Positions 30,565 through 48,007 of a DNA stretch of 64,000 nucleotides are shown here, in pieces (the stretch's first letter is position 1; each line of letters begins with the position of its first letter). This DNA is from Verrucomicrobiia bacterium (GTDB lineage Bacteria > Verrucomicrobiota > Verrucomicrobiia > Verrucomicrobiales > Akkermansiaceae): assembly GCA_030431475.1 (NCBI GenBank), contig JAUIJD010000004.1, positions 115,194 to 179,193 on the forward strand, written 5' to 3'. Below the pieces are notes generated by a model that searched no databases, was not told where the DNA came from, and saw only the letters and a program-made list of their open reading frames with translations. The position numbers and the translations under genes are program-made.

Positions 30565-31152
30565 TCAGGTGCCGACCAGGTCGAGCGGAGCCGGCACGGC
30601 GATGACCTTCATTCCCGCCTGCTGGGCCGCCATGATGCCCGCGGGCGCGTCTTCCAGCGCCAGACACTTCGCGGGGTCGACCCCGAGCAATTCCGCCGCG
30701 CGGAGGTAGATGTCGGGAGCAGGCTTGCCGGTCTTCACCTCATCGGCGGTGACCACTTCGTCGAAAAGGTCGGAGAGTTCGAGCGCCTGGAGCGTCTTCT
30801 CGATCACCAGGCGTCGTCCGCCGGTCGCAATGGCCATCGGCAGCCGGCCGCGGAGGCTCCGGGCGAAATCGGCCACCTCCTCGATCTCGTCGATCGACTG
30901 GAGTCGTGCCAGGAACGCCTCCCGCTTCTTCATCGCCACGGCTTCGGGGTCCAGCTTCAAGCCATACTCGGCGTTGAGCTCGACCACGATGTCGGTGGTC
31001 GGGCGCCCCCCCATCGCGTAGAACACATCCTCCTGGAACACATTCTCCGCCCCGTAGTAGGCGAGCGCGTCGCACCACGCCTCAAAGTGGGCCGGCATTG
31101 AGTGAACCAAGGTTCCGTCACAGTCGAAGATCACCGCCTCGACCCCATCCAT
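30565..31152 (-). CDS. HAD-superfamily phosphatase (beta-PGM/YqaB-like)
   Basis: IFDCDGTLV, AIATGG, GKPAPDIY, ALEDAPAGI.AA; alternative start at 31182. Confidence 0.88.
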   Translation of the reverse strand: MDGVEAVIFDCDGTLVHSMPAHFEAWCDALAYYGAENVFQEDVFYAMGGRPTTDIVVELNAEYGLKLDPEAVAMKKREAFLARLQSIDEIEEVADFARSLRGRLPMAIATGGRRLVIEKTLQALELSDLFDEVVTADEVKTGKPAPDIYLRAAELLGVDPAKCLALEDAPAGIMAAQQAGMKVIAVPAPLDLVGT

Positions 31153-31196
31153 CGCTATTTCTAGAGCACCGACTTTCGCCATCGCGCCGACGGGGT

Positions 31197-31213
31197 AGCA
31201 GTCGCCCTGCCAA
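31197..31213 (-). promoter_or_regulatory. Possible sigma54 -24/-12 promoter of the HAD gene
   Basis: Minus strand TTGGCAGGGCGACTGCT (GG-N10-GC). Confidence 0.35.
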
Positions 31214-31296
31214 TAACAAGTTCACAAAATGGGGAAATATCGTCACCAACCCGAGCGGATGTCAGAACCGACTCATTCCCAGCGTGATCCTGCCTT

Positions 31297-32652
31297 TCAG
31301 GAAACCACGACCCGATCCTCCCGACCGTCGACCGTCACCCGGCCCTCGACCTTCGCCCCCTCTTCGAAGCGGACATCGCCCAGCACCGTGAGAGCTTCGC
31401 AGCGCGCGAGCGAGGGTCGCCCCAGCCCCTCGAGGGCATCGACGAACTTGTAGCGATCATCGAGCTGAATCACCGGGGGCACGCCCTCCCGCTCCGGAAT
31501 CAGGCCCACGCATCCATCGTCGCCGACCCGGTAGGCATCCGAACGCAGGGCGAAAAGGTCACCTGTCGTCTTCACCGGCGCGAACCGCGAGCGGGGCACC
31601 TCGACGGCGCTGGCTCCGTCGAAACACTCGATGGCGGCTCCCATGGCGGTCTCCAGCTGGAGTACCGGAGTCGACGCCTTGTCTCTCGGGTCGACCGTCT
31701 TCCGGTTGCGGATCATCGGCAGCGGCAACACCCCGCCGCTGCTCTCGAGCTTCTCCTTGAGGCGGTCGAGGCGGATCCAGATCGAATTGGTGTTGAAATA
31801 ACGGTGACGCGCGATGTCCTGAAAGGCCTTGAGGTCCTCATCCGGGCACTGGGCCACCTCACGGAGCAGGAGTTGACCATCGGACTTCCGGCGCGCCAGG
31901 TGCCCGCCCTTGCGATCGGCCTCCGTCCGGCGGGTCACCTCCATCATGAAGGGCGAGTCCGACGCCGCGAACGAAGCCAGCAGACCCGGGGAAAGCACGG
32001 CGCCGAGGTTGTCGGAATTCGAAACAAAGGCATAGCGCATCCCCTCGTCCAGCAGCCGGTCCAGCCAACCGCTGCCAAGCAGGGCCGGATAGAGGTCACC
32101 GTGCCCCGGCGGACACCATTCAAGCTCGGGCGCCGCAGGCCAGCTCACCGGCCCCAGATCCGCCGCGTCGATCTTCGGGATCTGGTTCTGCATCAATTCC
32201 ACCTCGTCGGCTTCCCGAAGCCCCTCGGGTGCATGGGCGGCGAGATGCCCCAGCGTATCGCCGCTGGTGGCGAAGCTGTTCATCAGCAGGAGCCGCACGG
32301 GAGCCCCGGTGCGCTCACGAAGGGAAGCCACCTGGCGCACGATCAGGTCGAGAAAACTGGCTCCCGGGCGCACTTCAAGCAGGCTCTTGGCCTTTTCGAG
32401 CCCCATGCTCGTGCCCAGCCCCCCATTGAGCTTGATCAGCACCGTGCGGGACAGGAGATCCGGATCGAAGTCGGAGACATCCTCCGGGCACGTCGGAAGC
32501 CCGGTCGCCGGCTCGATGGCCGCCTCGTCGATGAGGCCGGTTTCATCGCGACAAAGCGCCTCATAGTTGCGGCGGAAGGTCTCGATCGCGGGGCGGGCAA
32601 CGCCGGCGGCTCGCATTTTCTCCTCGAAGGGTGAGAAATCGGTGTGGTTCAT
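31297..32652 (-). CDS. UTP--glucose-1-phosphate uridylyltransferase (eukaryotic-type UGPase family)
   Basis: KLNGGLGTSMG, LMNSF, EWCPPGHGDLY, SNSDNLGA, KGGHL, FNTNSIW, RFAPVKT. Confidence 0.92.
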   Translation of the reverse strand: MNHTDFSPFEEKMRAAGVARPAIETFRRNYEALCRDETGLIDEAAIEPATGLPTCPEDVSDFDPDLLSRTVLIKLNGGLGTSMGLEKAKSLLEVRPGASFLDLIVRQVASLRERTGAPVRLLLMNSFATSGDTLGHLAAHAPEGLREADEVELMQNQIPKIDAADLGPVSWPAAPELEWCPPGHGDLYPALLGSGWLDRLLDEGMRYAFVSNSDNLGAVLSPGLLASFAASDSPFMMEVTRRTEADRKGGHLARRKSDGQLLLREVAQCPDEDLKAFQDIARHRYFNTNSIWIRLDRLKEKLESSGGVLPLPMIRNRKTVDPRDKASTPVLQLETAMGAAIECFDGASAVEVPRSRFAPVKTTGDLFALRSDAYRVGDDGCVGLIPEREGVPPVIQLDDRYKFVDALEGLGRPSLARCEALTVLGDVRFEEGAKVEGRVTVDGREDRVVVS

Positions 32653-32762
32653 GCTCGGAAAGGGATGAAGTGCGGAAAGCGGCCCCAGACCTAAGCCCGA
32701 GCCATCAAAGGTCACGCCAAAAAGAGTTCGGACCGGAGCCCGTCAACAACTTTATTTTCACG

Positions 32763-32779
32763 TTGGCACAATTTCTGCT
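32763..32779 (+). promoter_or_regulatory. sigma54 -24/-12 element upstream of rpoN
   Basis: TTGGCACAATTTCTGCT = TGGCAC-N5-CTGCT, GG-N10-GC spacing, 61 nt before the rpoN ATG. Confidence 0.7.
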
Positions 32780-32840
32780 GTGACAAAGGTTGCGCTTCGA
32801 TGCAGCTTTGGCCAGACACCCGGCGATTTGCCGCAGCACC

Positions 32841-34241
32841 ATGGCCGAGCACTCGCTCCATCAATCGCTCTCCCAGCAGCAGTCGCTGGCGCCGCAGATG
32901 CGGCGCAGCCTGGAGATTCTGCAGGCGAATTCGATGGAGCTCACGCAGATGGTCCAGCAGGCGCTCGAGGTCAATCCCGTGCTGGAGGACATCACTGAGT
33001 CGCTCTCGCTCGACGAGATGGGACCCTCCCCCGACGAAGCGGACTCCCTCGACGACCTCAACCGAACGGACGATGACTGGCGTGACCTCGAGATCATGGA
33101 GCGCCGGAACCAGACCTGGACGGCGGACGACAAGGAGCGCCGGGAGCACTTCTACCAGTCCATCGTCGCCCCCGAGACGCTGCAGCAGCATCTCGCCTCG
33201 CAGCTGGAACTCTCGCTGGTCGACCCATCGGTGCGCGAAGCCGCGCAGGCACTGCTCGGAAATCTCGACCCCCGCGGATTCTACGATCTCCCCCCCTCCG
33301 AGCTTGGGATCCGCCTCGGGCTCGCCAAGGACGATGTGGAGCAGGCCGTCGCCCTGATTCGCGGCTTCGACCCGGCCGGGGTCGGCGCGCTCGACCTTCG
33401 CGACTCGCTCCTGATCCAACTCGAGCGCCGTGGCGACCACGGATCTCTGGAGCACCGCATCGTCAGCGACCACCTCGACGACCTCGCCCGGAAGCGCTAC
33501 CCGCGCATCGCCCGCGCCCTCGGAACCAGCATCGACCGCATCTCCGAAGCCGCCGAGGCCATCGGGCGTCTCACCCCGAACCCCGGGGGCGACTACGACC
33601 CGAGCGGGAATCCTCACATCCGCCCCGATGTGGTCATTGAACGGGACGACGACGGATGGAAGGCCCGTCTGACCAATGAATACCTGCCGAAGCTCCGCAT
33701 CAGCGACTTCTACAAGGACCTCCTCGGGAAGACTTCCTCCGACGCCAAGGCCCGCCAGTTTCTCCGCGAGAACCTCCGGGAGGGCCGGACTCTCATCCAT
33801 TCGCTGTCCCTGCGGCAAAGCACCATCCTCGCCATCGCCGAGAAGCTGATCGAGCACCAGCGCGACTTCTTCGCCAAGGGCCCGCGTCACCTCCGTCCGC
33901 TGACCATGAACAACATCGCCGACGAGCTCGGCTTGCACGCCACCACCGTGTCGCGAGCGGTCGCCGGGAAGTACGTGCTCACGCCCCACGGGCTGATGGA
34001 GATGCGGGCGTTCTTCGCCGCCGGCTACGAGACCGCCGACGGCAGCAAGGTCTCGAATGCCGGCGTGCGGGAGACGATGCAGGAGCTCATTTCGAACGAG
34101 AACCCGGCGAAACCGCTGTCGGACGACGCGATCGCCAAGGCACTCAAGGCGCAGGGAATTCCCGTCGCCCGCCGGACCGTGGCCAAATACCGGGATCAAC
34201 TCGGGATTCTCCCCTCCCACCTAAGACGCAGCTTTTCCTGA
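32841..34241 (+). CDS. rpoN: RNA polymerase sigma-54 factor
   Basis: Gln-rich region I, GVGA.DL.DSLL.QL, LRPLTM..IA..LGLH.TTVSR, RpoN box ARRTVAKYR. Confidence 0.97.
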   Translation: MAEHSLHQSLSQQQSLAPQMRRSLEILQANSMELTQMVQQALEVNPVLEDITESLSLDEMGPSPDEADSLDDLNRTDDDWRDLEIMERRNQTWTADDKERREHFYQSIVAPETLQQHLASQLELSLVDPSVREAAQALLGNLDPRGFYDLPPSELGIRLGLAKDDVEQAVALIRGFDPAGVGALDLRDSLLIQLERRGDHGSLEHRIVSDHLDDLARKRYPRIARALGTSIDRISEAAEAIGRLTPNPGGDYDPSGNPHIRPDVVIERDDDGWKARLTNEYLPKLRISDFYKDLLGKTSSDAKARQFLRENLREGRTLIHSLSLRQSTILAIAEKLIEHQRDFFAKGPRHLRPLTMNNIADELGLHATTVSRAVAGKYVLTPHGLMEMRAFFAAGYETADGSKVSNAGVRETMQELISNENPAKPLSDDAIAKALKAQGIPVARRTVAKYRDQLGILPSHLRRSFS

Positions 34242-34290
34242 CTTGCCTTTGCCCGTCGGGCCAAATGTCTCTACGGGTCTTGCACGACGC

Positions 34291-35349
34291 ATGAGCACCG
34301 AACTGATCCAACAAGCCCTCTCGAACGTCCGCTACCCCGGATTTTCCCGCGACATCGTCTCTTTCGGCCTGGTCAAGGAGATCGTGTCCGAGCCGGACGC
34401 GACGGTGGTAAGGATCCAGGTCGCCACCAAGGATCCCGAGGTGCCCGAGCAGATTTTCAAGGACTGCCACGCCGTCCTGGACGAGATTCCGGACCTCGGA
34501 GCGGTGAAGGTCGAAATCGACGTCCAGAGCCCGCCCGAGGCCTCGGGCGGCGGATCCTCGCCGGCGGAAGGACAAAGCTCGATTCCCGGCGTCAAGCGCA
34601 TCATCGCCGTCGCCTCCGGCAAGGGAGGCGTGGGAAAGTCCACGGTGGCCTCGAACCTGGCGGTCGCCCTCGCCGCCACCGGCGCCAAGGTCGGCCTCTG
34701 CGACTGCGACCTCTACGGACCCTCGATCGCCATGATGTTCGGCAGCCATGAACGCCCGATGGCCAACGAGCAGGAGGAGATCATCCCGATCGAGGCCCAC
34801 GGACTCAAGCTCATGTCCATGGGCTTCCTGCTCGAGGACCGGTCCCCCGTCATCGTCCGGGGTCCGATGGCCACCCGCTACACCCAGCAGTTCCTGCGGC
34901 AGGTCGCATGGGGCGAGCTCGACTACCTCATTCTCGACCTTCCTCCGGGAACCGGCGACATCCAGCTGACCATCGTCCAGACCGTCGCCGTCGATGGAGC
35001 ACTGGTGGTCACCACCCCCCAGGAGGTGGCACTCATCGACGCCAGGAAGGCCGTGTCCATGTTCGCGAAAGTCAACGTGCCCATCCTCGGCCTGATCGAG
35101 AACATGGCGTGGTTCGAATGCGAGCACGGCACCCGCTACGCCATCTTCGGCGAGGGCGGCGGCGTGCGCGAGGCGGAGGAGATCGGAGTGCCCTTGATCG
35201 CCCAAATCCCGATCGAACCGCCCGTCCGTGAAGGCGGCGACCAGGGAACGCCCATCGCCCTCACGCCGCCGGACGCCAGCCCGGCATCCTCGGCATTCCA
35301 CCAGGCGGCCCGGGCCGTGCTGAACAGCGCCGCAGGCCTCAGCGCCTGA
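34291..35349 (+). CDS. mrp: Mrp/NBP35 (ApbC) Fe-S cluster carrier ATPase
   Basis: IAVASGKGGVGKSTV, DCDLYGPSI, WGELDYL.LDLPPGTGD, VTTPQEVA, ENM. Confidence 0.93.
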   Translation: MSTELIQQALSNVRYPGFSRDIVSFGLVKEIVSEPDATVVRIQVATKDPEVPEQIFKDCHAVLDEIPDLGAVKVEIDVQSPPEASGGGSSPAEGQSSIPGVKRIIAVASGKGGVGKSTVASNLAVALAATGAKVGLCDCDLYGPSIAMMFGSHERPMANEQEEIIPIEAHGLKLMSMGFLLEDRSPVIVRGPMATRYTQQFLRQVAWGELDYLILDLPPGTGDIQLTIVQTVAVDGALVVTTPQEVALIDARKAVSMFAKVNVPILGLIENMAWFECEHGTRYAIFGEGGGVREAEEIGVPLIAQIPIEPPVREGGDQGTPIALTPPDASPASSAFHQAARAVLNSAAGLSA

Positions 35350-35380
35350 TCTTTCACTCCCTCACGAACACCGCATCGTC

Positions 35381-36784
35381 ATGCCTCGCAAAACCAAGCT
35401 CATCGTCACTCTCGGCCCGGCCACCGAAACGGAGGAAACCATCGGACAACTCCTCGACGCGGGTGCGAACATCTTCCGGCTCAACATGAGCCACGCCAAG
35501 CACGAATGGGCCCGTGAAATGGCCCGCCTCGTGCGACGGCAGGCGGCCGAGCGCCACCTCCACGCGGCGGTTCTCTTCGACCTCACCGGCCCGTCGATCC
35601 GGACCGGCGACCTCGACGAGCCCTACGAGCTGAAGATCGGCGACCTGGTCGAGTTCCGGAAAGCCGACGCCGAAGCGTCCATTCCGCTCTCCACCACGGT
35701 GAATTATCCCGGAATGATGGACGACGTCTCGGAAGGCAGCACGCTGGTCGTCGACAACGGCACCCTCCTGATGGAGATCCGCACCAAGAAGGACGACCGC
35801 ATCCTCTGCGAAGTCCGCAACGCGGGCACCCTCGGCTCCCGCCGGCACATCAACCTGCCCGGCACCCGTCTGAACCTGCCCGCGATGACCGACAAGGACC
35901 GCAAGGACCTTTCCCTCGCGGTGGAGTGCGATGCCGATTTCGTCGCCGGATCCTTCGTCCGGGACGCGGCCCACGTTCACGAGCTGCGCGACGCCGTCGA
36001 CTCCCTCGAGGGCGGGGCCCAGATCATCGCCAAGATCGAGGACCAGGAGGCGGTCCGCCACATCGACTCCATCATCAAGGCGGCCGACGGCATCATGATC
36101 GCCCGCGGCGACCTAGGCATCGAGGTCGACTTCGAGGACCTGCCCATTCTCCAGCGCCGCATCATCAAGCGCTGCCACGAACTCAGCACCCGCGTGATCG
36201 TGGCCACCCAGCTTCTCGAGTCGATGGTGCAGAACCCCACGCCCACCCGGGCCGAGGTCACGGACTGCTCGAACGCGGTCTACGAGGAATGCGACGCGCT
36301 CATGCTCTCGGGTGAAACCAGCATCGGCAAACATCCGCTCCGCTGTGTGGAGGCCCTGGTCAAGATCGGGGGACGGATCGAGCGCTCCGGAGGCCTCGGA
36401 TACGGGCAGCAGGTGATGCTGCGCGACGAGCGCCAGAAGGTCGCCCGCGCCGCTGTCACCCTGGCCGACTCCCTCCCCGATGCCCTGCTGATCGTGCTGA
36501 CCCGACGCGGTGTTCTGGCCAACCAGGTGGCCATGCTGCGCCCTCGCACCGCCGGTTTCTTCGCCTTCACCCCCCGCGAAGTCGTCTGCCGCCAGCTTGC
36601 CCTGAACCGCAGCGTGGTCCCCTTCCGTCTCCCGTTCGCCGCAGGCATCGACGAAACCATCGAGCGGGCCACCGATTTCCTGCTGGAGCACGACCTCGTG
36701 CGTCCCGGAGGCCCCATGGTCATCGTTTCGGATCTTCTTTCCGACCACATCGCCGCGAATTCCATTCTTCTTCACCACGCCTGA
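35381..36784 (+). CDS. pyk: Pyruvate kinase
   Basis: RKTKL..TLGPA, FRLNMSH, IIAKIE, DGIMIARGDLG, ATQLLESM, PTRAEVTD, MLSGETS.G. Confidence 0.95.
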   Translation: MPRKTKLIVTLGPATETEETIGQLLDAGANIFRLNMSHAKHEWAREMARLVRRQAAERHLHAAVLFDLTGPSIRTGDLDEPYELKIGDLVEFRKADAEASIPLSTTVNYPGMMDDVSEGSTLVVDNGTLLMEIRTKKDDRILCEVRNAGTLGSRRHINLPGTRLNLPAMTDKDRKDLSLAVECDADFVAGSFVRDAAHVHELRDAVDSLEGGAQIIAKIEDQEAVRHIDSIIKAADGIMIARGDLGIEVDFEDLPILQRRIIKRCHELSTRVIVATQLLESMVQNPTPTRAEVTDCSNAVYEECDALMLSGETSIGKHPLRCVEALVKIGGRIERSGGLGYGQQVMLRDERQKVARAAVTLADSLPDALLIVLTRRGVLANQVAMLRPRTAGFFAFTPREVVCRQLALNRSVVPFRLPFAAGIDETIERATDFLLEHDLVRPGGPMVIVSDLLSDHIAANSILLHHA

Positions 36785-37072
36785 CCGACGGTCGGTCGCA
36801 GGGAAGGAACCGGAGACGTCCGGGCGCCCGCGTGCGCCGCATGACAACGCGCAGCGCCGACAGAAGGGAAACGGCCCCCTGTCTTGAGCCGAGCACTCGA
36901 CACGTGATGCAGCGCCCCGCTTTCGGGCGCAGCGCGGATCACCGGGACTCTCCACCTTGGCAAGCCCGGCTCATGCGTCGGCAGCGCCGTGGAGGTGCGC
37001 CGAGATCGCCGGGGGGCCCGGGCCTGATCGTTCGTTCATCGTCGCCTCTCTCCGGATGCTCCCCCGGGTACG

Positions 37073-37106
37073 AAAAAAGGCGCGGTGGCCGAAACCACCG
37101 CGCCTT
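37073..37106 (-). terminator. Intrinsic terminator of the autotransporter gene
   Basis: 12-bp stem AAGGCGCGGTGG/CCACCGCGCCTT followed by a T run on the minus strand. Confidence 0.85.
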
Positions 37107-37126
37107 GGAATCTCAGCAATCGAGGA

Positions 37127-45115
<7,989 letters not shown>

Positions 45116-45579
45116 GATTTCTTTGGGGTTAGATTCAGGTTAGATCGGGAAAATCGGGATCCATGAAACAGATCACCGCCGACTCTCAAAATGAGCCGTG
45201 GACAAAATTCGGGGGATGAACGCCGGGGGAGGCAGGGGAGTTTGGGGGTCGGGAGTTGGGGGCACCCTGCACAGATCACCCGTACAAGGTAGAAAGCCAT
45301 CTATCAGATCAGAGGAAACGGGGACAAGGCAAATCAGCCATAAAATACGCGAAGTTACGAAAGCAGCTAACAGCGAAGGATTTGATGAGGGACATGAGCC
45401 TGTCGGCGGATGGTAGCGGCCGCCTCTTCTGTCATAAAACAACGGCTCTCGAAGGATTCCGGAAAACGATCCTGATCAATGGCGGTGCCTCTCTATCAGC
45501 CTTGCGAAAACACCCACATCCCCATTCCTTCTCCTCCCGCACAATATCTACAGGTCCCAACATTAATGCAGTTGGGGAG

Positions 45580-45651
45580 CGCCCCCGGGAGGAATCGAAC
45601 CTCCATCTAAGGTTTAGGAAACCCTTGTTCTATCCGTTGAACTACAGGGGC
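45580..45651 (-). tRNA. tRNA-Arg (anticodon CCT)
   Basis: GCCCCTGTAGTTCAACGGATAGAACAAGGGTTTCCTAAACCTTAGATGGAGGTTCGATTCCTCCCGGGGGCG: 7-bp acceptor stem, anticodon loop TTCCTAA, GGTTCGATTCC T-arm; CCA not encoded. Confidence 0.95.
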
Positions 45652-45740
45652 CGGGGCCGGCGGAGCCTAGGCTTCTCCGCATCGAAGGCGCAAGTCCCGG
45701 GCTTGCCCGAATCGCCGTCGCCCGCAAGCATGAGCCCCGC

Positions 45741-47102
45741 GTGAGCGATTCCGATTCCCGACGCCCTTCCCTGCTCCATCGACTGGAGTATGGAGCCTTC
45801 CGAGCCATTGAACGCCTGCTCGCCCGCGTTCCGATGGCCGATGCCGCGATGCTGGGCCGGGGCGCCGGGCGTCTCTTTCATGCGCTGAGTCCCCGATACC
45901 GGCGCATCGTCCGGCGGAACCTCCGAGTGGCAACTGCCGCGGAGGCCCCTTCCCAGCGGGAGCTTCACGCCCTCACCCTTGAGACCTTCCGTCGGGCCGG
46001 TGCCAATTTCCTCGCCGCGCTCCGCACCCCCACGCTCGCCCCGGATGCGCTCCGCGGAATCGCGATCTCGGACGGGATGGAGCTGCTCGGGGGCCGAGGA
46101 CCGGGGCGACCCGGACTGATCGCGGTCATGCCCCACATGGGAAATTGGGAGGCCTTGACCCGTCTGGGAAAGGGCTACGTCGGCGCCGGCGACTACGGGG
46201 GCGTCTATCGTCCCCTCAACAATCCCCTCATGGATGATCTCACGCGCCAGCGACGTTGTGCCGACGGCGCCCGCCTTTTCAGCCGCACCGATGGTTTCCA
46301 CGCGCCGGCCGCCATGCTTCGCGATGGCGGCGTCCTCGGAGTGCTTGCCGATCAACGGGCGGGCGGACGCGGCACCGCCCTCCCCTTCTTCGGGAAACTG
46401 ACCACCTGCTCGCCGCTCCCGGAGCTGCTGGCGCGTCGAGGCCGGGCCGAAGTCGGGGTGCTCACGATCGTGACCGCCGAGCCGGGACGCTGGCGCATGG
46501 TCGGACGCGCCCTCGATGGTGAACCGACCACGCCGGTCATCATGGCCTCGCTGGAGGCGGGCATGCGGGCGAGCCTTCCGGACGTCTTCTGGTTCCACGA
46601 CCGCTGGCGCACCGATCCCGCCCGCCCCCTGAGCCTCTTCAGCCGCATCGATCCCTCCGTGGCCCGGCAAGCGAACGTTCCGCTCCGGCTTCTGCTCACC
46701 TTCCCCCGAGACCTCGGCCCGGATCTCCGGCGCCGCTTCATCGACCGTCTGTTTCAGGCCCGGCCCGATCTCAGGCTGGAGATCCTCGCCCCAGACTTCT
46801 CCGACCCCGAACAACCGGCCGTTCGCCTCCACCCGTGGGACCCCGGGCAACCCCCGGAGCATGCGGACGGCACGCTGCGCCGGGTCGATGAATCCCATCC
46901 CGCGCCTCTCGACGGCGTCCTTCTCTTCGGATCGGAGGATGCTCTGGCCCGGGCCGCGAAGCGTGCCGGACTGCGGGCCATCATCGGCCTCGATGTCGAA
47001 GGAAAACCCTGGACCCGCTCCTTCGCCTCCCCCGTTGACCGGGAAGGTTGGAGTGAGATCGCCGACCACCTCGCCCGCGCCCCGAAACGCAACCGCCGAT
47101 GA
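45741..47102 (+). CDS. Lipid A lauroyl/myristoyl acyltransferase-like protein (LpxL/HtrB family) with a C-terminal extension
   Basis: PHMGNWE (H-x4-E/D), YRPLNNP.MD, GVLADQ, FFG, FWFHDRWR. Confidence 0.8.
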   Translation: MSDSDSRRPSLLHRLEYGAFRAIERLLARVPMADAAMLGRGAGRLFHALSPRYRRIVRRNLRVATAAEAPSQRELHALTLETFRRAGANFLAALRTPTLAPDALRGIAISDGMELLGGRGPGRPGLIAVMPHMGNWEALTRLGKGYVGAGDYGGVYRPLNNPLMDDLTRQRRCADGARLFSRTDGFHAPAAMLRDGGVLGVLADQRAGGRGTALPFFGKLTTCSPLPELLARRGRAEVGVLTIVTAEPGRWRMVGRALDGEPTTPVIMASLEAGMRASLPDVFWFHDRWRTDPARPLSLFSRIDPSVARQANVPLRLLLTFPRDLGPDLRRRFIDRLFQARPDLRLEILAPDFSDPEQPAVRLHPWDPGQPPEHADGTLRRVDESHPAPLDGVLLFGSEDALARAAKRAGLRAIIGLDVEGKPWTRSFASPVDREGWSEIADHLARAPKRNRR

Positions 47103-48007
47103 CGCCTCCACTTTCCATCCTCATGCTCGGCGACGGCAAACCCGGGCATGAGAACCAATCGCTCGGACTCATCGAGGCGATCGGGCGCCTGACACCGGTT
47201 CAAGTCGAGCGCCTCAAGGCTCCCCGCGGGAGACTCGAGGCCATGTTCAAGCCGCCCACTCCCCGGCGACGCCCCGACCTGATCGTCGGCGCGGGACACC
47301 GGACCCATCTCGCCATGCTGCATCTGAGCCGCCGGACCGATGCGCCGTGCGTGCTCCTGATGAAGCCCACCCTGCCCTCCGCGCTCTTCGACCTCTGCAT
47401 CATTCCCGAACACGACCTGGGCGACCGCCCCGCGCCGCCCCACGTGATCGTCAGCAAGGGCGCCCTCAACCGAGTGCCCCCTCCCGGAACCATGGAGAAG
47501 CTCGGGGGGCTCATCCTCATCGGAGGTCCCTCGTCCGCGCATGGCTGGGATGAGAAGGGCGTCATCGACGCCCTTGCATCCATCGTGAAGGACCGCGGCG
47601 ACCGCCCGTGGCGCATCACCGATTCGCGCCGCACCCCGCCCGGCACCCTCGACCGGATCACACGTGCCTGCCCGGCACTCGCCGCCTACCCTCACGAGAG
47701 GACCGGGGCCGAGTGGCTTCCCCAGCGCCTGGCGGAGGCCGCCGAGGCGTGGGTCACCGCGGACTCGATCTCGATGATCTACGAGAGTCTTAGTAGCGGC
47801 GCCCGGGTGGGCCTGCTGCCGACTCCGCTGAAGCGGGACGGACGCGTCACGCGGGGGATCTCGCAACTGACGAAGGAGGGCTGGATCACACCCTACGAGC
47901 AATGGAAACCCGGTCGCGAACTTCCGCCCGCCCCGGCGATCCTCCGGGAAGCCGACCGTTGCGCCGTGCTGGTTGTTGACCGTTATTTCCCCGGCCGGAT
48001 GTCATGA
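47099..48007 (+). CDS. ELM1/GtrOC1 family putative glycosyltransferase
   Basis: GDGKPGHENQS.GL, IVGAG, IIPEHD, LILIGG, SRRTP, VTADSISM..E. Confidence 0.85.
   Translation: MTPPLSILMLGDGKPGHENQSLGLIEAIGRLTPVQVERLKAPRGRLEAMFKPPTPRRRPDLIVGAGHRTHLAMLHLSRRTDAPCVLLMKPTLPSALFDLCIIPEHDLGDRPAPPHVIVSKGALNRVPPPGTMEKLGGLILIGGPSSAHGWDEKGVIDALASIVKDRGDRPWRITDSRRTPPGTLDRITRACPALAAYPHERTGAEWLPQRLAEAAEAWVTADSISMIYESLSSGARVGLLPTPLKRDGRVTRGISQLTKEGWITPYEQWKPGRELPPAPAILREADRCAVLVVDRYFPGRMS

Noticed and set aside
37058-37068. GCTCCCCCGGG as an attR copy of the tRNA-Arg 3' end (GCGCCCCCGGG at 45579)
   Set aside because: It is only a 10/11 match of a GC-rich word, expected by chance, and there is no integrase.
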